From an uncultured Arcobacter sp. (lineage in GTDB: Bacteria; Campylobacterota; Campylobacteria; Campylobacterales; Arcobacteraceae), in contig OZ223301.1 of assembly GCA_965140705.1 (NCBI GenBank), forward strand, positions 192,001-256,000: 64,000 nt of DNA, written 5' to 3'. This document shows positions 32,649 through 42,081 of the stretch, piece by piece. The notes beneath the pieces are model-generated. The model did not search any database. It worked only from the letters and a program-made list of their open reading frames with translations, and was not told where the DNA came from. Position 1 is the stretch's first letter; every line of letters starts with the position of its first letter. The translations under genes and the position numbers were made by a program.

Positions 32649-34340
32649 TTGACAAATAGTACATTATGGATAGTTCTTCTTAGAATGAGAATGCCTTTTA
32701 TTGTAATAATATTAACTTATACTATTGCAATAACGGGGCTTTTATTAATTGACGGGGTAGATGATAAAGGTAATGTTTATCATATGTCAATTTTTGATGC
32801 ATATTATTTTGTAACTTATACTGCCAATACAATTGGATTTGGTGAAACACCATATGCCTTTACTTATCCCCAAAGAATGTGGGTTAGTTTTTCAATTTAT
32901 CTTACTGTATTAGGTTGGTTTTATGGCATAGGAACACTTGTTTCTTTGCTTCAAGATAAAGTTTTATTAGAAGAACTTAAAAGAAATAAATTTAGAAGAA
33001 ATGTAAAAAAGATAAGACAAAGTTTTATTATCGTTTTGGGTTATAATAATATTACTTCTGAAATTATAAAAAAAGCCCTAAGTTATGAGATAAGAACGGT
33101 AGTAATAGAATCAGATGAGAATAGGGTAAATGATTTACTTTTAGAGAATTTTACTCCTTATGTACCCGTATTATTTTCAGATGTAAACTCTCCAAAAGTT
33201 TTAGAAGAAGCAGGAATAAAAAAGAGTAATTGTCGAGGATTAGTATGTCTATTTAATGATGACAAGTTAAATTTAAAAGTTGCAGTTATGTCTAAGATTT
33301 TAAATAGAAATATAAAACTTGTCGTAAAAGCTTCAACTTCAAATCAAAGTGAAAATTTAAATGATATTGGAGTTGATATCGTTGCAAATCCTTTTTCTAT
33401 TATTTCAAAAGAGATTGATATTGCTTTTAAAGCACCAAATATTTTAAAACTTGAAAAATGGATTTACAAAATAGATAATTTGAATGCCCAAACTCCTAAT
33501 TTCCCAATGGGAAGATATATAATTTGTGGTTTTGGTCGTATGGGAAATTATTTGCAGGATCGTTTAAGTGATAATGAAATTGAGTTAGTTTTTATAGAAA
33601 TTGATGATAAAAAATTAGCAAATTATAAAGAAGATAATGTTTCTAGAATTATTATTGGCGATGCTGATGATAAAAAAGTTCTTACAGAAGCTGGAATTCT
33701 TGATAGTGTGGCAATAATAGCTGCAACAAATGATGATACAACTAATTTATCTATTTTAAGTAGTGCTAAAAAACTAAATTCAAAAATTGTAACAATTGCA
33801 AGGGGAAATGAGTTAAACTATTTTTCTATGTTTCAAGACTCTAGGATTGATCATGTTTTTTTACCCTCAAATATTTTAATAAATAAAACAACTAATGCTT
33901 TAATAAATCCCTTATCAGATATGTTTATTCAAGAGATGATAACTAAAGATGAAGTTTGGGCTTCAAAGTTAGTAAAAAGGCTAACTCAAACTATAGATGA
34001 AAACCCTTTATTAGAATCAATTGAGATAGATAACTTTGATGCACCAGAAATTTATAAGCATTTAGATAATGGCGAAGAATTAAAATTAAAGATATTTAGA
34101 ACATCATTACATAATCGAGAGTTAAATAATAATGTAGTACCCTTAGCTTTAATAAGAGGCGATGAAAAATATTTAATTCCTGATTGGGATATGCCCTTAG
34201 AAAAAAATGATAAAATACTTTTTGCATGTGATGAATATGCAAAGGATGATATGCTACATATTGCACAAAATATTTATGAATTTTATTATGCATATAGTGG
34301 AAAAGAAAAAAGAACAATTTTAAGAAGGATATTAAAATGA
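32649..34340 (+). CDS. Potassium channel family protein with two TrkA-N (RCK) domains
   Basis: TANTIGFGE filter-like motif between TM helices; IIVLGY and ICGFGRMG Rossmann motifs. Confidence 0.87.
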   Translation: MTNSTLWIVLLRMRMPFIVIILTYTIAITGLLLIDGVDDKGNVYHMSIFDAYYFVTYTANTIGFGETPYAFTYPQRMWVSFSIYLTVLGWFYGIGTLVSLLQDKVLLEELKRNKFRRNVKKIRQSFIIVLGYNNITSEIIKKALSYEIRTVVIESDENRVNDLLLENFTPYVPVLFSDVNSPKVLEEAGIKKSNCRGLVCLFNDDKLNLKVAVMSKILNRNIKLVVKASTSNQSENLNDIGVDIVANPFSIISKEIDIAFKAPNILKLEKWIYKIDNLNAQTPNFPMGRYIICGFGRMGNYLQDRLSDNEIELVFIEIDDKKLANYKEDNVSRIIIGDADDKKVLTEAGILDSVAIIAATNDDTTNLSILSSAKKLNSKIVTIARGNELNYFSMFQDSRIDHVFLPSNILINKTTNALINPLSDMFIQEMITKDEVWASKLVKRLTQTIDENPLLESIEIDNFDAPEIYKHLDNGEELKLKIFRTSLHNRELNNNVVPLALIRGDEKYLIPDWDMPLEKNDKILFACDEYAKDDMLHIAQNIYEFYYAYSGKEKRTILRRILK

Positions 34341-35137
34341 AAGTTTTAGCTGGACCTTGTGTTTTAGAAGATAGAGACACAGTATTTAGAATAGCAGAAA
34401 AATTGAAGCCTTTAAGTGAAGATAAAAGAATTGATTTTTATTTTAAAGCTTCATTTGATAAAGCAAATAGAACAAGTTTGGATTCATATAGAGGACCTGG
34501 GCTTGATAATGGATTGAAACTTTTTGAAGAGATAAAAAAAGAGTTTGGATATAAACTTATAACAGATATTCATGAGTCACATCAAGCAGCACCTGCTTCA
34601 GAAGTTATGGATATTTTACAAATACCTGCATTTTTGTGTAGACAGACAGATTTACTTGTTGCTGCTGCAAAAACATCATGCATAATAAATGTAAAAAAAG
34701 GTCAATTCTTAGCAGCTGATGCTATGAGACATCCAATTGATAAAATACTCAAAACTAGAGGGGTTGATGAGGTTAGTTACCAAAACTCCCTTGATAATAA
34801 TGTATGGCTTTGTGAAAGAGGTAATACTTTTGGATATGGGGCACTTGTAGTTGATATGAGAAATTTACTGCTTATGAAAGAGTATGCACCAGTTATTTTT
34901 GATGCAACTCACTCTGTTCAAATACCAAGTACAGGTGGAACAACAGGAGGTAACTCTGCTTTTGTTCCATCTATGGCAAAAGCAGCAGCAGCTGTTGGTG
35001 TTGATGGTTTCTTTTTTGAAACGCACACTGATCCAAGTGTTGCAAAAAGTGATGGACCAAATATGCTAAAAATCGAAGACTTATATAAGACTATAAATGA
35101 GATTTTTGCAATCCAAGGGGCTTTAGGATATAATTAA
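34337..35137 (+). CDS. kdsA: KDO 8-phosphate synthase
   Basis: AGPCVLE, KASFDKANRTS, QIPAFLCRQT, DATHSVQ. Confidence 0.97.
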   Translation: MKVLAGPCVLEDRDTVFRIAEKLKPLSEDKRIDFYFKASFDKANRTSLDSYRGPGLDNGLKLFEEIKKEFGYKLITDIHESHQAAPASEVMDILQIPAFLCRQTDLLVAAAKTSCIINVKKGQFLAADAMRHPIDKILKTRGVDEVSYQNSLDNNVWLCERGNTFGYGALVVDMRNLLLMKEYAPVIFDATHSVQIPSTGGTTGGNSAFVPSMAKAAAAVGVDGFFFETHTDPSVAKSDGPNMLKIEDLYKTINEIFAIQGALGYN

Positions 35138-35168
35138 GCCCTTATATAAAATTTTCGGAGAAATTTAA

Positions 35169-35639
35169 ATGAATATTATTGAAGGTAAATTAAGACTTGA
35201 CGGAAGCGAAAAAGTTCTTATTATAAATGGTAGATTTAATCATATTATTACAGATAGACTAGTTGAAGGTGCAAAAGATGCCTTTATTAGACATGGTGGA
35301 AATGAAGCAAACTTAGATTTAGTATTAGTTCCTGGTGCATTTGAAATTCCTTTTGCTTTAGAAAAAGCATTGGCTTCAAATAAATATGATGCTGTATGTT
35401 GTGTAGGTGCTGTAATAAGAGGGTCAACTCCTCATTTTGATTATATTTCAGCTGAAGCTACAAAAGGTATTGCAACAGTTGGTATCAAATCAGGTAAACC
35501 TGTAGCAAATGGTGTTTTAACAACTGATACTATTGAGCAAGCAATTGAGCGAGCTGGAAGTAAAGTTGGAAATAAAGGTGCTGAAGCTATGGTTACTATC
35601 ATTGAGATGTTAGATTTATATAAAGAGATGGGAAAATAG
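35169..35639 (+). CDS. ribH: 6,7-dimethyl-8-ribityllumazine synthase
   Basis: [26 protein letters not shown]. Confidence 0.97.
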   Translation: MNIIEGKLRLDGSEKVLIINGRFNHIITDRLVEGAKDAFIRHGGNEANLDLVLVPGAFEIPFALEKALASNKYDAVCCVGAVIRGSTPHFDYISAEATKGIATVGIKSGKPVANGVLTTDTIEQAIERAGSKVGNKGAEAMVTIIEMLDLYKEMGK

Positions 35640-35640
35640 A

Positions 35641-36039
35641 TTGGCAACTAGAACACAAGCTAGAGAGTCTGTAATAGGACTTCTTTATGCATATGACTTA
35701 GGAAATGAGGGAATTGTAAAGTTTGTAGATGAAATTTTAGAAGATAAAAAGATCAGAAATAAGCAAAAAGAGTTTGCCTTAAACTTATTTAATGGTGTAG
35801 TAAATAATTATGCCCTTATAAACGAACATATTGAATCACATCTTAATCAAGGAACTATAAAAGATATAGGTTCTGTAGAAAAATCTATTTTAAGACTTGC
35901 TATTTATGAAATACTATTTGAAACACTTGATAGGGCTATTATTATAAATGAAGCAATAGAATTATCAAAAAGATTAGCAAGTGATGGCGCACCAAAATTC
36001 ATAAATGGTGTATTGGATAAAGTTACTAAGGAAGTTTAA
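35641..36039 (+). CDS. nusB: Transcription antitermination factor NusB
   Basis: TRTQARE, ILRLAIYE, IINEAIEL, FINGVLD. Confidence 0.96.
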   Translation: MATRTQARESVIGLLYAYDLGNEGIVKFVDEILEDKKIRNKQKEFALNLFNGVVNNYALINEHIESHLNQGTIKDIGSVEKSILRLAIYEILFETLDRAIIINEAIELSKRLASDGAPKFINGVLDKVTKEV

Positions 36040-36725
36040 TGAAACTATGTATTTCATTGGATTTACCAAGTGCAGATGCAAATCTTGAATTGGTAAAAAA
36101 AGTAAAAGACTATGATGTTTGGTTAAAAGTTGGATTTAGAACATATATAAGAGATGGAAAATATTTTTTAGAAGAGATAAAAGAGATAAATCCAAATTTT
36201 AAGATTTTTTTAGATTTAAAACTTTATGACATACCAAATACTATGGCAGATGCAGCAGAAGAGATAGCTGCATTAGGACTTGTAGATATGTTTAATGTCC
36301 ATGCAAGTGCGGGAATAGATGCAATGAAAGAAGTAATGGATAGAATTAAAGATATTCCAAATAGACCTTTAGTTTTAGCTGTTACAGCTTTAACTTCTTT
36401 TGATAATGAAAGTTTTAGATCTATTTATAATGAATATATAACCACAAAAGCAACACAGTTTGCAAAAGATACTTTTAATGCTGGTATTGATGGAGTTGTT
36501 TGTTCTGCTTTTGAAAGTGCTGATATCAAAAAGAATACTTCTGAAAACTTTATCACTCTTTGTCCTGGTATTAGACCTTTTGGTGAAGATGCGGGAGATC
36601 AAAAAAGAGTTGCAGATATTCCCTTTGCAAAAGAAAATAAAGTAGACTTTATTGTTGTTGGAAGACCTATTTATAAAGATGAAAATCCTAATGAAGTAGT
36701 TAAAAAGATTTTAGATACTATCTAA
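36039..36725 (+). CDS. pyrF: Orotidine-5'-phosphate decarboxylase
   Basis: FLDLKLYDIPNT, PGIRP, DQKR, VVGRPI. Confidence 0.97.
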   Translation: MKLCISLDLPSADANLELVKKVKDYDVWLKVGFRTYIRDGKYFLEEIKEINPNFKIFLDLKLYDIPNTMADAAEEIAALGLVDMFNVHASAGIDAMKEVMDRIKDIPNRPLVLAVTALTSFDNESFRSIYNEYITTKATQFAKDTFNAGIDGVVCSAFESADIKKNTSENFITLCPGIRPFGEDAGDQKRVADIPFAKENKVDFIVVGRPIYKDENPNEVVKKILDTI

Positions 36726-36827
36726 AACCTTTTTAGCAATTAAATTTCAAAAATTAATATAAAATCAATAAAAATTAAGCGATTTTTTAACTTTATTTGT
36801 CTAAAATCACATTCCTAATTCAAAGAA

Positions 36828-36918
36828 GGACAGTTGGGTGAGTTGGCTGAAACCACATCCCTGCTAAGGATGCGTACTGGCAACGGTACCGAGGGTTCGA
36901 ATCCCTCACTGTCCGCCA
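36828..36918 (+). tRNA. tRNA-Ser(GCT)
   Basis: GGACAGT/ACTGTCC acceptor stem, CATCC-CT-GCT-AA-GGATG, long variable arm, GCCA end. Confidence 0.96.
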
Positions 36919-36933
36919 CTATTGAATTAGTGA

Positions 36934-37010
36934 GGGTCTATAGCTCAGTTGGTTAGAGCACTCGGCTCATAACCGAGTGGTCCTGTGTTCGAGTCACAGT
37001 AGACCCACCA
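36934..37010 (+). tRNA. tRNA with CAT anticodon, probably tRNA-Ile2 (lysidine type)
   Basis: GGGTCTA/TAGACCC acceptor stem similar to the tRNA-Ile(GAT); CTCGG-CT-CAT-AA-CCGAG; no initiator features; Ile2 versus elongator Met is inference. Confidence 0.85.
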
Positions 37011-37057
37011 CTTATTTTATTGAAAAAAAAAGTTTTTTTTGATAAAATTTTTTTATT

Positions 37058-37134
37058 GCGGGAGTAGCTCAGTTGGCTAGAGCTTCTGCCTTCCAAGCAG
37101 ATTGTCGCGAGTTCGAGTCTCGTCTCCCGCTCCA
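37058..37134 (+). tRNA. tRNA-Gly(TCC)
   Basis: GCGGGAG/CTCCCGC acceptor stem, CT-TCC-AA loop, TCCA end. Confidence 0.96.
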
Positions 37135-37233
37135 CTAAAAGTCAAAATTTAAAATTTCTTTTGAGATTTTATGTCTTGATTTTTTTTATTTTAAATCTAA
37201 TCTTTTGAAACTTTAGTTCTATTAAAATTTATA

Positions 37234-38463
37234 TTACTTATTATAAAAATATATTTTTTTATCTATAAAAGAATAATATATTTTTGAATCATTAGTGTAT
37301 TTTCTTTCTTCAATTAATAGAATTAAGTAACCAATGTTCTTTCTATCATAACCACCTTTTACTTTTTCATATGTGTATACATTTTTAAAGAATATTTTTT
37401 TATTACCAAAAATATCTAAATACCAAAAAGTATCATTAATCTGGTATCTAATAGTTTCTGGAATTTTACCTTTTTCTAAAACTGAAAATGACTTATTTAT
37501 ACATATGTCTTTAGATAACTTTGATTTTATTTCATTAAATATTTTAAGAGGAATATCCACAGTAAAATCTACACCATTCTGAATTAGTAATGCTCTATTA
37601 AAAAGAAAATTGAAATGAAAATTATGAATAGTGGTATTTTTATTATTTATTTGTTTTGACCATTCTTTTTGATTAGCATATTCACAGAATGCAAATACAA
37701 AGATAATAATAAATATTACAAACAATATATTACTTAAGTTATCTTTATTATTTTTTGATTTAATATTATTTTCTTTTTCTATATATAATTTAATGATATT
37801 ATTTTCTTCTCTTTCCATACTTAAGTTTAATTTTGAATAAATTAAGGCGAGAATAAAAGCTACAAGAAATAAGATACTCATAATACTATATGCTGAAAAT
37901 TCTTCACTTCTAAATTTCCATATAAAAAATATTAGTAATGAAATATTAAATAGTGGAAATAAAAGTTTTTTAAATTGAAAGTTACTAAAAGTTCTTAATG
38001 GAATCATAATTCCCCTTGCAACTCCCATGTATATAGAAATAATTAGTGTTAGTAGTATATATAGTAAAAATAGGTTATTTGAATTAGAATAGCTTAAATT
38101 TAAGAGATTTACTGTTCCATATATAAAAACAAAATGCATGGAGATAAAACAAATATACTTGAAATACCATTCATTTAAAATACTATCTGTAAAATATTTA
38201 TTTTTAACTATTTTATTACTGATTTGAAAAGAAAGGAAAATTCCAAAACAAAATATAAATATAAGTGCAATAGGAATAAACATAAATAATAATATTATAG
38301 GAAAATTAGAAAAGTTTATTTCAGATAATAACATAACTAAGTATCCAGGCTTAAAACCAAAAAGAAAGCAAAAAACATTTATATCTAAAAGCATAAAAAA
38401 TGTAAAAACAAAAGGATAAAATTTTAAAGATATTTCGGCAATATATAATATTTTTTTAATCAT
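37234..38463 (-). CDS. Hypothetical polytopic membrane protein with a C-terminal soluble domain
   Basis: About 7 hydrophobic helices in the N-terminal two-thirds; ATG 1 nt after the upstream stop. Confidence 0.7.
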   Translation of the reverse strand: MIKKILYIAEISLKFYPFVFTFFMLLDINVFCFLFGFKPGYLVMLLSEINFSNFPIILLFMFIPIALIFIFCFGIFLSFQISNKIVKNKYFTDSILNEWYFKYICFISMHFVFIYGTVNLLNLSYSNSNNLFLLYILLTLIISIYMGVARGIMIPLRTFSNFQFKKLLFPLFNISLLIFFIWKFRSEEFSAYSIMSILFLVAFILALIYSKLNLSMEREENNIIKLYIEKENNIKSKNNKDNLSNILFVIFIIIFVFAFCEYANQKEWSKQINNKNTTIHNFHFNFLFNRALLIQNGVDFTVDIPLKIFNEIKSKLSKDICINKSFSVLEKGKIPETIRYQINDTFWYLDIFGNKKIFFKNVYTYEKVKGGYDRKNIGYLILLIEERKYTNDSKIYYSFIDKKIYFYNK

Positions 38464-38464
38464 A

Positions 38465-39115
38465 TTAATATTTATACCCATCAATAAAAGATTTCTTAGA
38501 ACTAGTTTCAGAAGCAGATATCTGTATAAATAAAAGTTGATTCATTCCTTGTTCTGATACATTTATCCATGTAGTCTTTCCACCTTTAATTGCATTCATT
38601 ACATTATCATATGTCAATTCTATTGTAGCAATTGGGTCATCATCAAATAAATCAGCATCTATTAAAACAATTCTAAATCTATTTTCTTTAAATAAAGGCC
38701 AATTCTTATATCCTGCATTAAAACTTGGAGTATAAGAATTTTTTGATAAAGCATAACTTTTAGTAGCCAAGGCAATAGGTGTCCAAGCTATATTTGATAT
38801 GTTTTTTAAACTTGAACCTACTAATTGAATATACCCAATTACATCAGGAGCAGCAGTTCCTTTTGCAGCACTATTCACAATAGTATTTATAATACTTGAA
38901 ACCGGTATTCCAGTAGTAAGCATTTCATTAACCAAATTTGATGAAGCATTATCAATTTTTGCACCACCTTTATCCCATGTTGTTTTATCTATTTTAGTAG
39001 GAGCAATAACTGCACCTAAAACTGTTAAATTTATGTATTTAATTCCTTCCTTTGCATTTAAGATATTAAATACGAGTATAAATAGTAGTGTAAACTTAAT
39101 TTTGAAACTTTTCAA
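38465..39115 (-). CDS. Secreted protein with a C2-domain-like signature
   Basis: Signal peptide; LTVLGA, K.D...WD, APD, KNSYTPSFN and RIVLIDADLFDDDPIATIEL match the C2 consensus by eye. Confidence 0.65.
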   Translation of the reverse strand: MKSFKIKFTLLFILVFNILNAKEGIKYINLTVLGAVIAPTKIDKTTWDKGGAKIDNASSNLVNEMLTTGIPVSSIINTIVNSAAKGTAAPDVIGYIQLVGSSLKNISNIAWTPIALATKSYALSKNSYTPSFNAGYKNWPLFKENRFRIVLIDADLFDDDPIATIELTYDNVMNAIKGGKTTWINVSEQGMNQLLFIQISASETSSKKSFIDGYKY

Positions 39116-39205
39116 ATTTATATCCTATCTTTGATGTAATTATTTATATTAATTATAATATTATATTACAAGTTTCATATAATTTTCTAATTTAAAAGGC
39201 AATTG

Positions 39206-39394
39206 ATGATTAGGTTTGAGTTTCTTCCTGCAGGTAGTGGTGATTGTATATTTATTAATTTAGATGATACTAATGGTTATTTTGATAGACAATACACATA
39301 TACTGTAAATAATGGTTTAGCTAAATCTGTTAAACAATAAATATCTTTAGAAGAATCACTCCCAGTAGACTTGCTACTAATAACCATCCAATAA
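39206..39394 (+). pseudogene. MBL-fold (ComEC/Rec2-like) metallo-hydrolase N-terminal remnant
   Basis: MIRFEFLPAGSGDCIFI..., stop at 39338-39340, then same-frame VDLLLIT with the expected His codon shifted by 1 nt. Confidence 0.6.
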
Positions 39395-39455
39395 AATATT
39401 GTTTAGAAGTGACTAGAATAATTCTATAATAATGTTTTAATTTTGTTAATGAATG

Positions 39456-39540
39456 AAGTATTCTCACCTAAGAATAACTTAGGTAAAGATACTCAATGTC
39501 TGACGATTTATTGATATTTAAAATATAGTTTTTCAGTTAC
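39456..39540. repeat. Integrase-tail/hairpin repeat, copy 1
   Basis: 25-nt exact match (39480-39504) to 42108-42132; 17-bp hairpin at 39456-39494; minus strand encodes VTEKLYF, like the integrase C-terminus. Confidence 0.8.
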
Positions 39541-39677
39541 TTTTATTTTTTCTTAAATAAATAGTATCTAAAAATTATCAAATATTTTAAATTCTTTTAA
39601 AATTAATTATAAATTGAACAATTATTATGAAACTTTTTTGTATAATTTGCTAATTTTATAGAAAGTATTGAGAAATA

Positions 39678-41000
39678 ATGAATACAGAACAAGCATATAT
39701 TGAAAAAATAGATCAATTGTATCAATTACAAAGATACCAACAAGTGATTGAATTAAGTATGAAACACCTTTATAGTGAGCATAATTATACGGAGTATTTA
39801 TATACTAAAATTATTGAATCTTATTTGGCATTAGAATCTTTAGATAAAGCGGAAAAAATAATACAAGAGGTATTATCAAAATTTCCTAATAATAATTATT
39901 TTTATGCACTCTTTGCAAGATTACATCTTGGAAGAATGAATTATTTTAAAGCCTTAGAACAAATAGATAAAGCATTAAAAATAAATCCAAATGATTCTTA
40001 CTTATTTTATTTAAAAGGTGTAATTTTAAATGATAGAAGTGACTATAAAGATGCTAAAAAAGTTATTGAAAAGGCTTTAGAGTTTTCGAGTAATAATATA
40101 GATTATCTAAATATTTATGCACTTGTTCTTTATAATATGAGTGATAAAAAATATAAAAAAGTTTTAGATCAGATTTTAGAGATTGATTCAAACAATAGTG
40201 AAGCTATTTATCTAAAAGGGATAGAGAGTAAATCTTTTTTTAAAAGAAATGATGGGCTAAGAAAAGCTTTACGAATAAACCCTTTTAGTCAGGAATACCA
40301 ATTATCTTTTAAAGAGAATAAAAGAAATTTTATTCTTTATATAATTGCTTTCGTTTTAACTATAGTTAATGCTTTATTTATTTTGTTTACCAATATTCCA
40401 CAAAATGTAACAACCACTATAACTTTTATTTTATTTCTTATTCTTGTTCATCTTTCTTTTTATTTATTTCAAGCCCATATTTTAGCAACTTTCATTATTC
40501 TGCCGTATTTAATAGATATGAAAAAAGATTCCATTACATTATTAATAATTGCACTGGTACTTGCATTTGTAATTGGATATTTTTTAAGAAATCTTGCAAC
40601 ATTTATTAAATCTTCAATAAATTCAACAATAGAATCTTCAAAAGAGATGAAAAATACAATTAAGTATTTAACATTAAAGGATTTACCTTTTTTAATAAAG
40701 TCTAATTTTTTAAAAATTATACTATTTTTTTTAGTAACAATACTATTACTCAAAGAGTTTAAAGACTTAACAATGGTTGGAGTTGATAGAATACTTTTTT
40801 TATTAATACCATTTTTTGTGTTAGTTATGAGAAAGCAATTTAAATTTATATTATTAATACAATCATTTATTTTACTCTATATTGTGAACTTAATTGCTGG
40901 ATTTGTAATTGGTGCACTTGGACAAGGGCAAATAGGGAATATTGTTGTAGCTTTATTAATGTCTTTTATATATACTGAAACTATAAGGAGAATTGGGTGA
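39678..41000 (+). CDS. TPR-repeat protein with a C-terminal multi-pass membrane domain
   Basis: Repeated A...ALKINPND / ALEFSSNN / ALRINP TPR helices in the first ~215 aa, then about 7 TM helices; no signal peptide. Confidence 0.85.
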   Translation: MNTEQAYIEKIDQLYQLQRYQQVIELSMKHLYSEHNYTEYLYTKIIESYLALESLDKAEKIIQEVLSKFPNNNYFYALFARLHLGRMNYFKALEQIDKALKINPNDSYLFYLKGVILNDRSDYKDAKKVIEKALEFSSNNIDYLNIYALVLYNMSDKKYKKVLDQILEIDSNNSEAIYLKGIESKSFFKRNDGLRKALRINPFSQEYQLSFKENKRNFILYIIAFVLTIVNALFILFTNIPQNVTTTITFILFLILVHLSFYLFQAHILATFIILPYLIDMKKDSITLLIIALVLAFVIGYFLRNLATFIKSSINSTIESSKEMKNTIKYLTLKDLPFLIKSNFLKIILFFLVTILLLKEFKDLTMVGVDRILFLLIPFFVLVMRKQFKFILLIQSFILLYIVNLIAGFVIGALGQGQIGNIVVALLMSFIYTETIRRIG

Positions 41001-41965
41001 ACCATGCTTATCAAAATATTAGTAATGATGAAAAAGTAATCCAAGATAACTTGACCGAGTCTTTTTTATTTGAAAAAGATTTAAACTTTAGTTTTAATGA
41101 TGTTGCAGGATTAGATGAGTTAAAGAAAAAAGCAAATATGAAAATTATTATGCCCTTTAAGAAGGCTGAACTTTTTAAAAAATATAGGAAAAAAGTAGGT
41201 GGGGGTATCTTAATGTATGGAGCCCCTGGTTGTGGGAAAACCCATTTTGCAAAAGCAATAGCAGGAGAGTGTAATGCATCGTTTTTTCATGTATCAATTG
41301 ATCAAATTTTGGATATGTGGCTGGGGAATAGTGAAAAAAATATTGCTAATTTATTCAATGAAGCAAGAAAAAATAAGCCAGCAATTATATTTATTGATGA
41401 AATAGATGCACTTGGAAGAAAAAGAGAGTTATTAAAACACTCTGGAAATTCTAGTGTAATAAACACTTTTCTTTCTCAATTAGATGGATTTGATTCAGAC
41501 AATGAAGGAATTTTAGTAATAGGTGCAACAAATGCTCCATGGGATGTGGATAGTGCTTTTAAAAGAACTGGGCGGTTTGATACACTTTTTTTTGTTTCTC
41601 CGCCTGATAGTATAGGGAGAGAAGAACTTTTTAAATTATTTTTAAAAGATATTCCTACTAAAAATATAAATTATGAAAAGTTAGCTAAAGAAACACATTT
41701 TTATTCTGGGGCAGATATAAAAGGGATTGTGGATACAGCAGTTGAAATTGTATTGGAGGAGATAATAGAATTAGGAAATGAAAGAGATATTATTACTGAG
41801 GATATTTTAGGAGTAATTGTATCATCTAAACCAACAGTAACTGAGTGGTTTGAACTTGTAAATAATGTACTAGAATATGCAAATGAATCTGGAGAGTATA
41901 ATGAAGTAGCAGAATATGTTACTTTTAATAAACCAAAGAAAAAGAAAATAATGGGATTTATTTAG
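40997..41965 (+). CDS. Classical-clade AAA+ ATPase (SpoVK/Vps4/Cdc48-like), single domain
   Basis: FNDVAGL, Walker A GAPGCGKT, pore loop MWLG, Walker B IFIDEID, SRH GATNAPWDVDSAFKRTGRFD; GTG start overlaps the upstream stop, AAGGAG SD. Confidence 0.92.
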   Translation: MNHAYQNISNDEKVIQDNLTESFLFEKDLNFSFNDVAGLDELKKKANMKIIMPFKKAELFKKYRKKVGGGILMYGAPGCGKTHFAKAIAGECNASFFHVSIDQILDMWLGNSEKNIANLFNEARKNKPAIIFIDEIDALGRKRELLKHSGNSSVINTFLSQLDGFDSDNEGILVIGATNAPWDVDSAFKRTGRFDTLFFVSPPDSIGREELFKLFLKDIPTKNINYEKLAKETHFYSGADIKGIVDTAVEIVLEEIIELGNERDIITEDILGVIVSSKPTVTEWFELVNNVLEYANESGEYNEVAEYVTFNKPKKKKIMGFI

Positions 41966-42081
41966 GAAAATACACTCTTATTTCTATTTCCTTTTTTTGT
42001 TATAGTTCTAACCCAATATATGTAGATATTTTTTAATTTAGTTAGCATCTAATCTTTTGTAAGAGTTTCGTAATACTTTTT

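Noticed and set aside
36953..37135. 60-aa minus-strand ORF
   Set aside because: It is antisense to two tRNA genes.
41963..42049. 28-codon minus-strand ORF (MLTKLKNIYIYWVR...)
   Set aside because: No clear SD or motif; expected by chance in AT-rich DNA.
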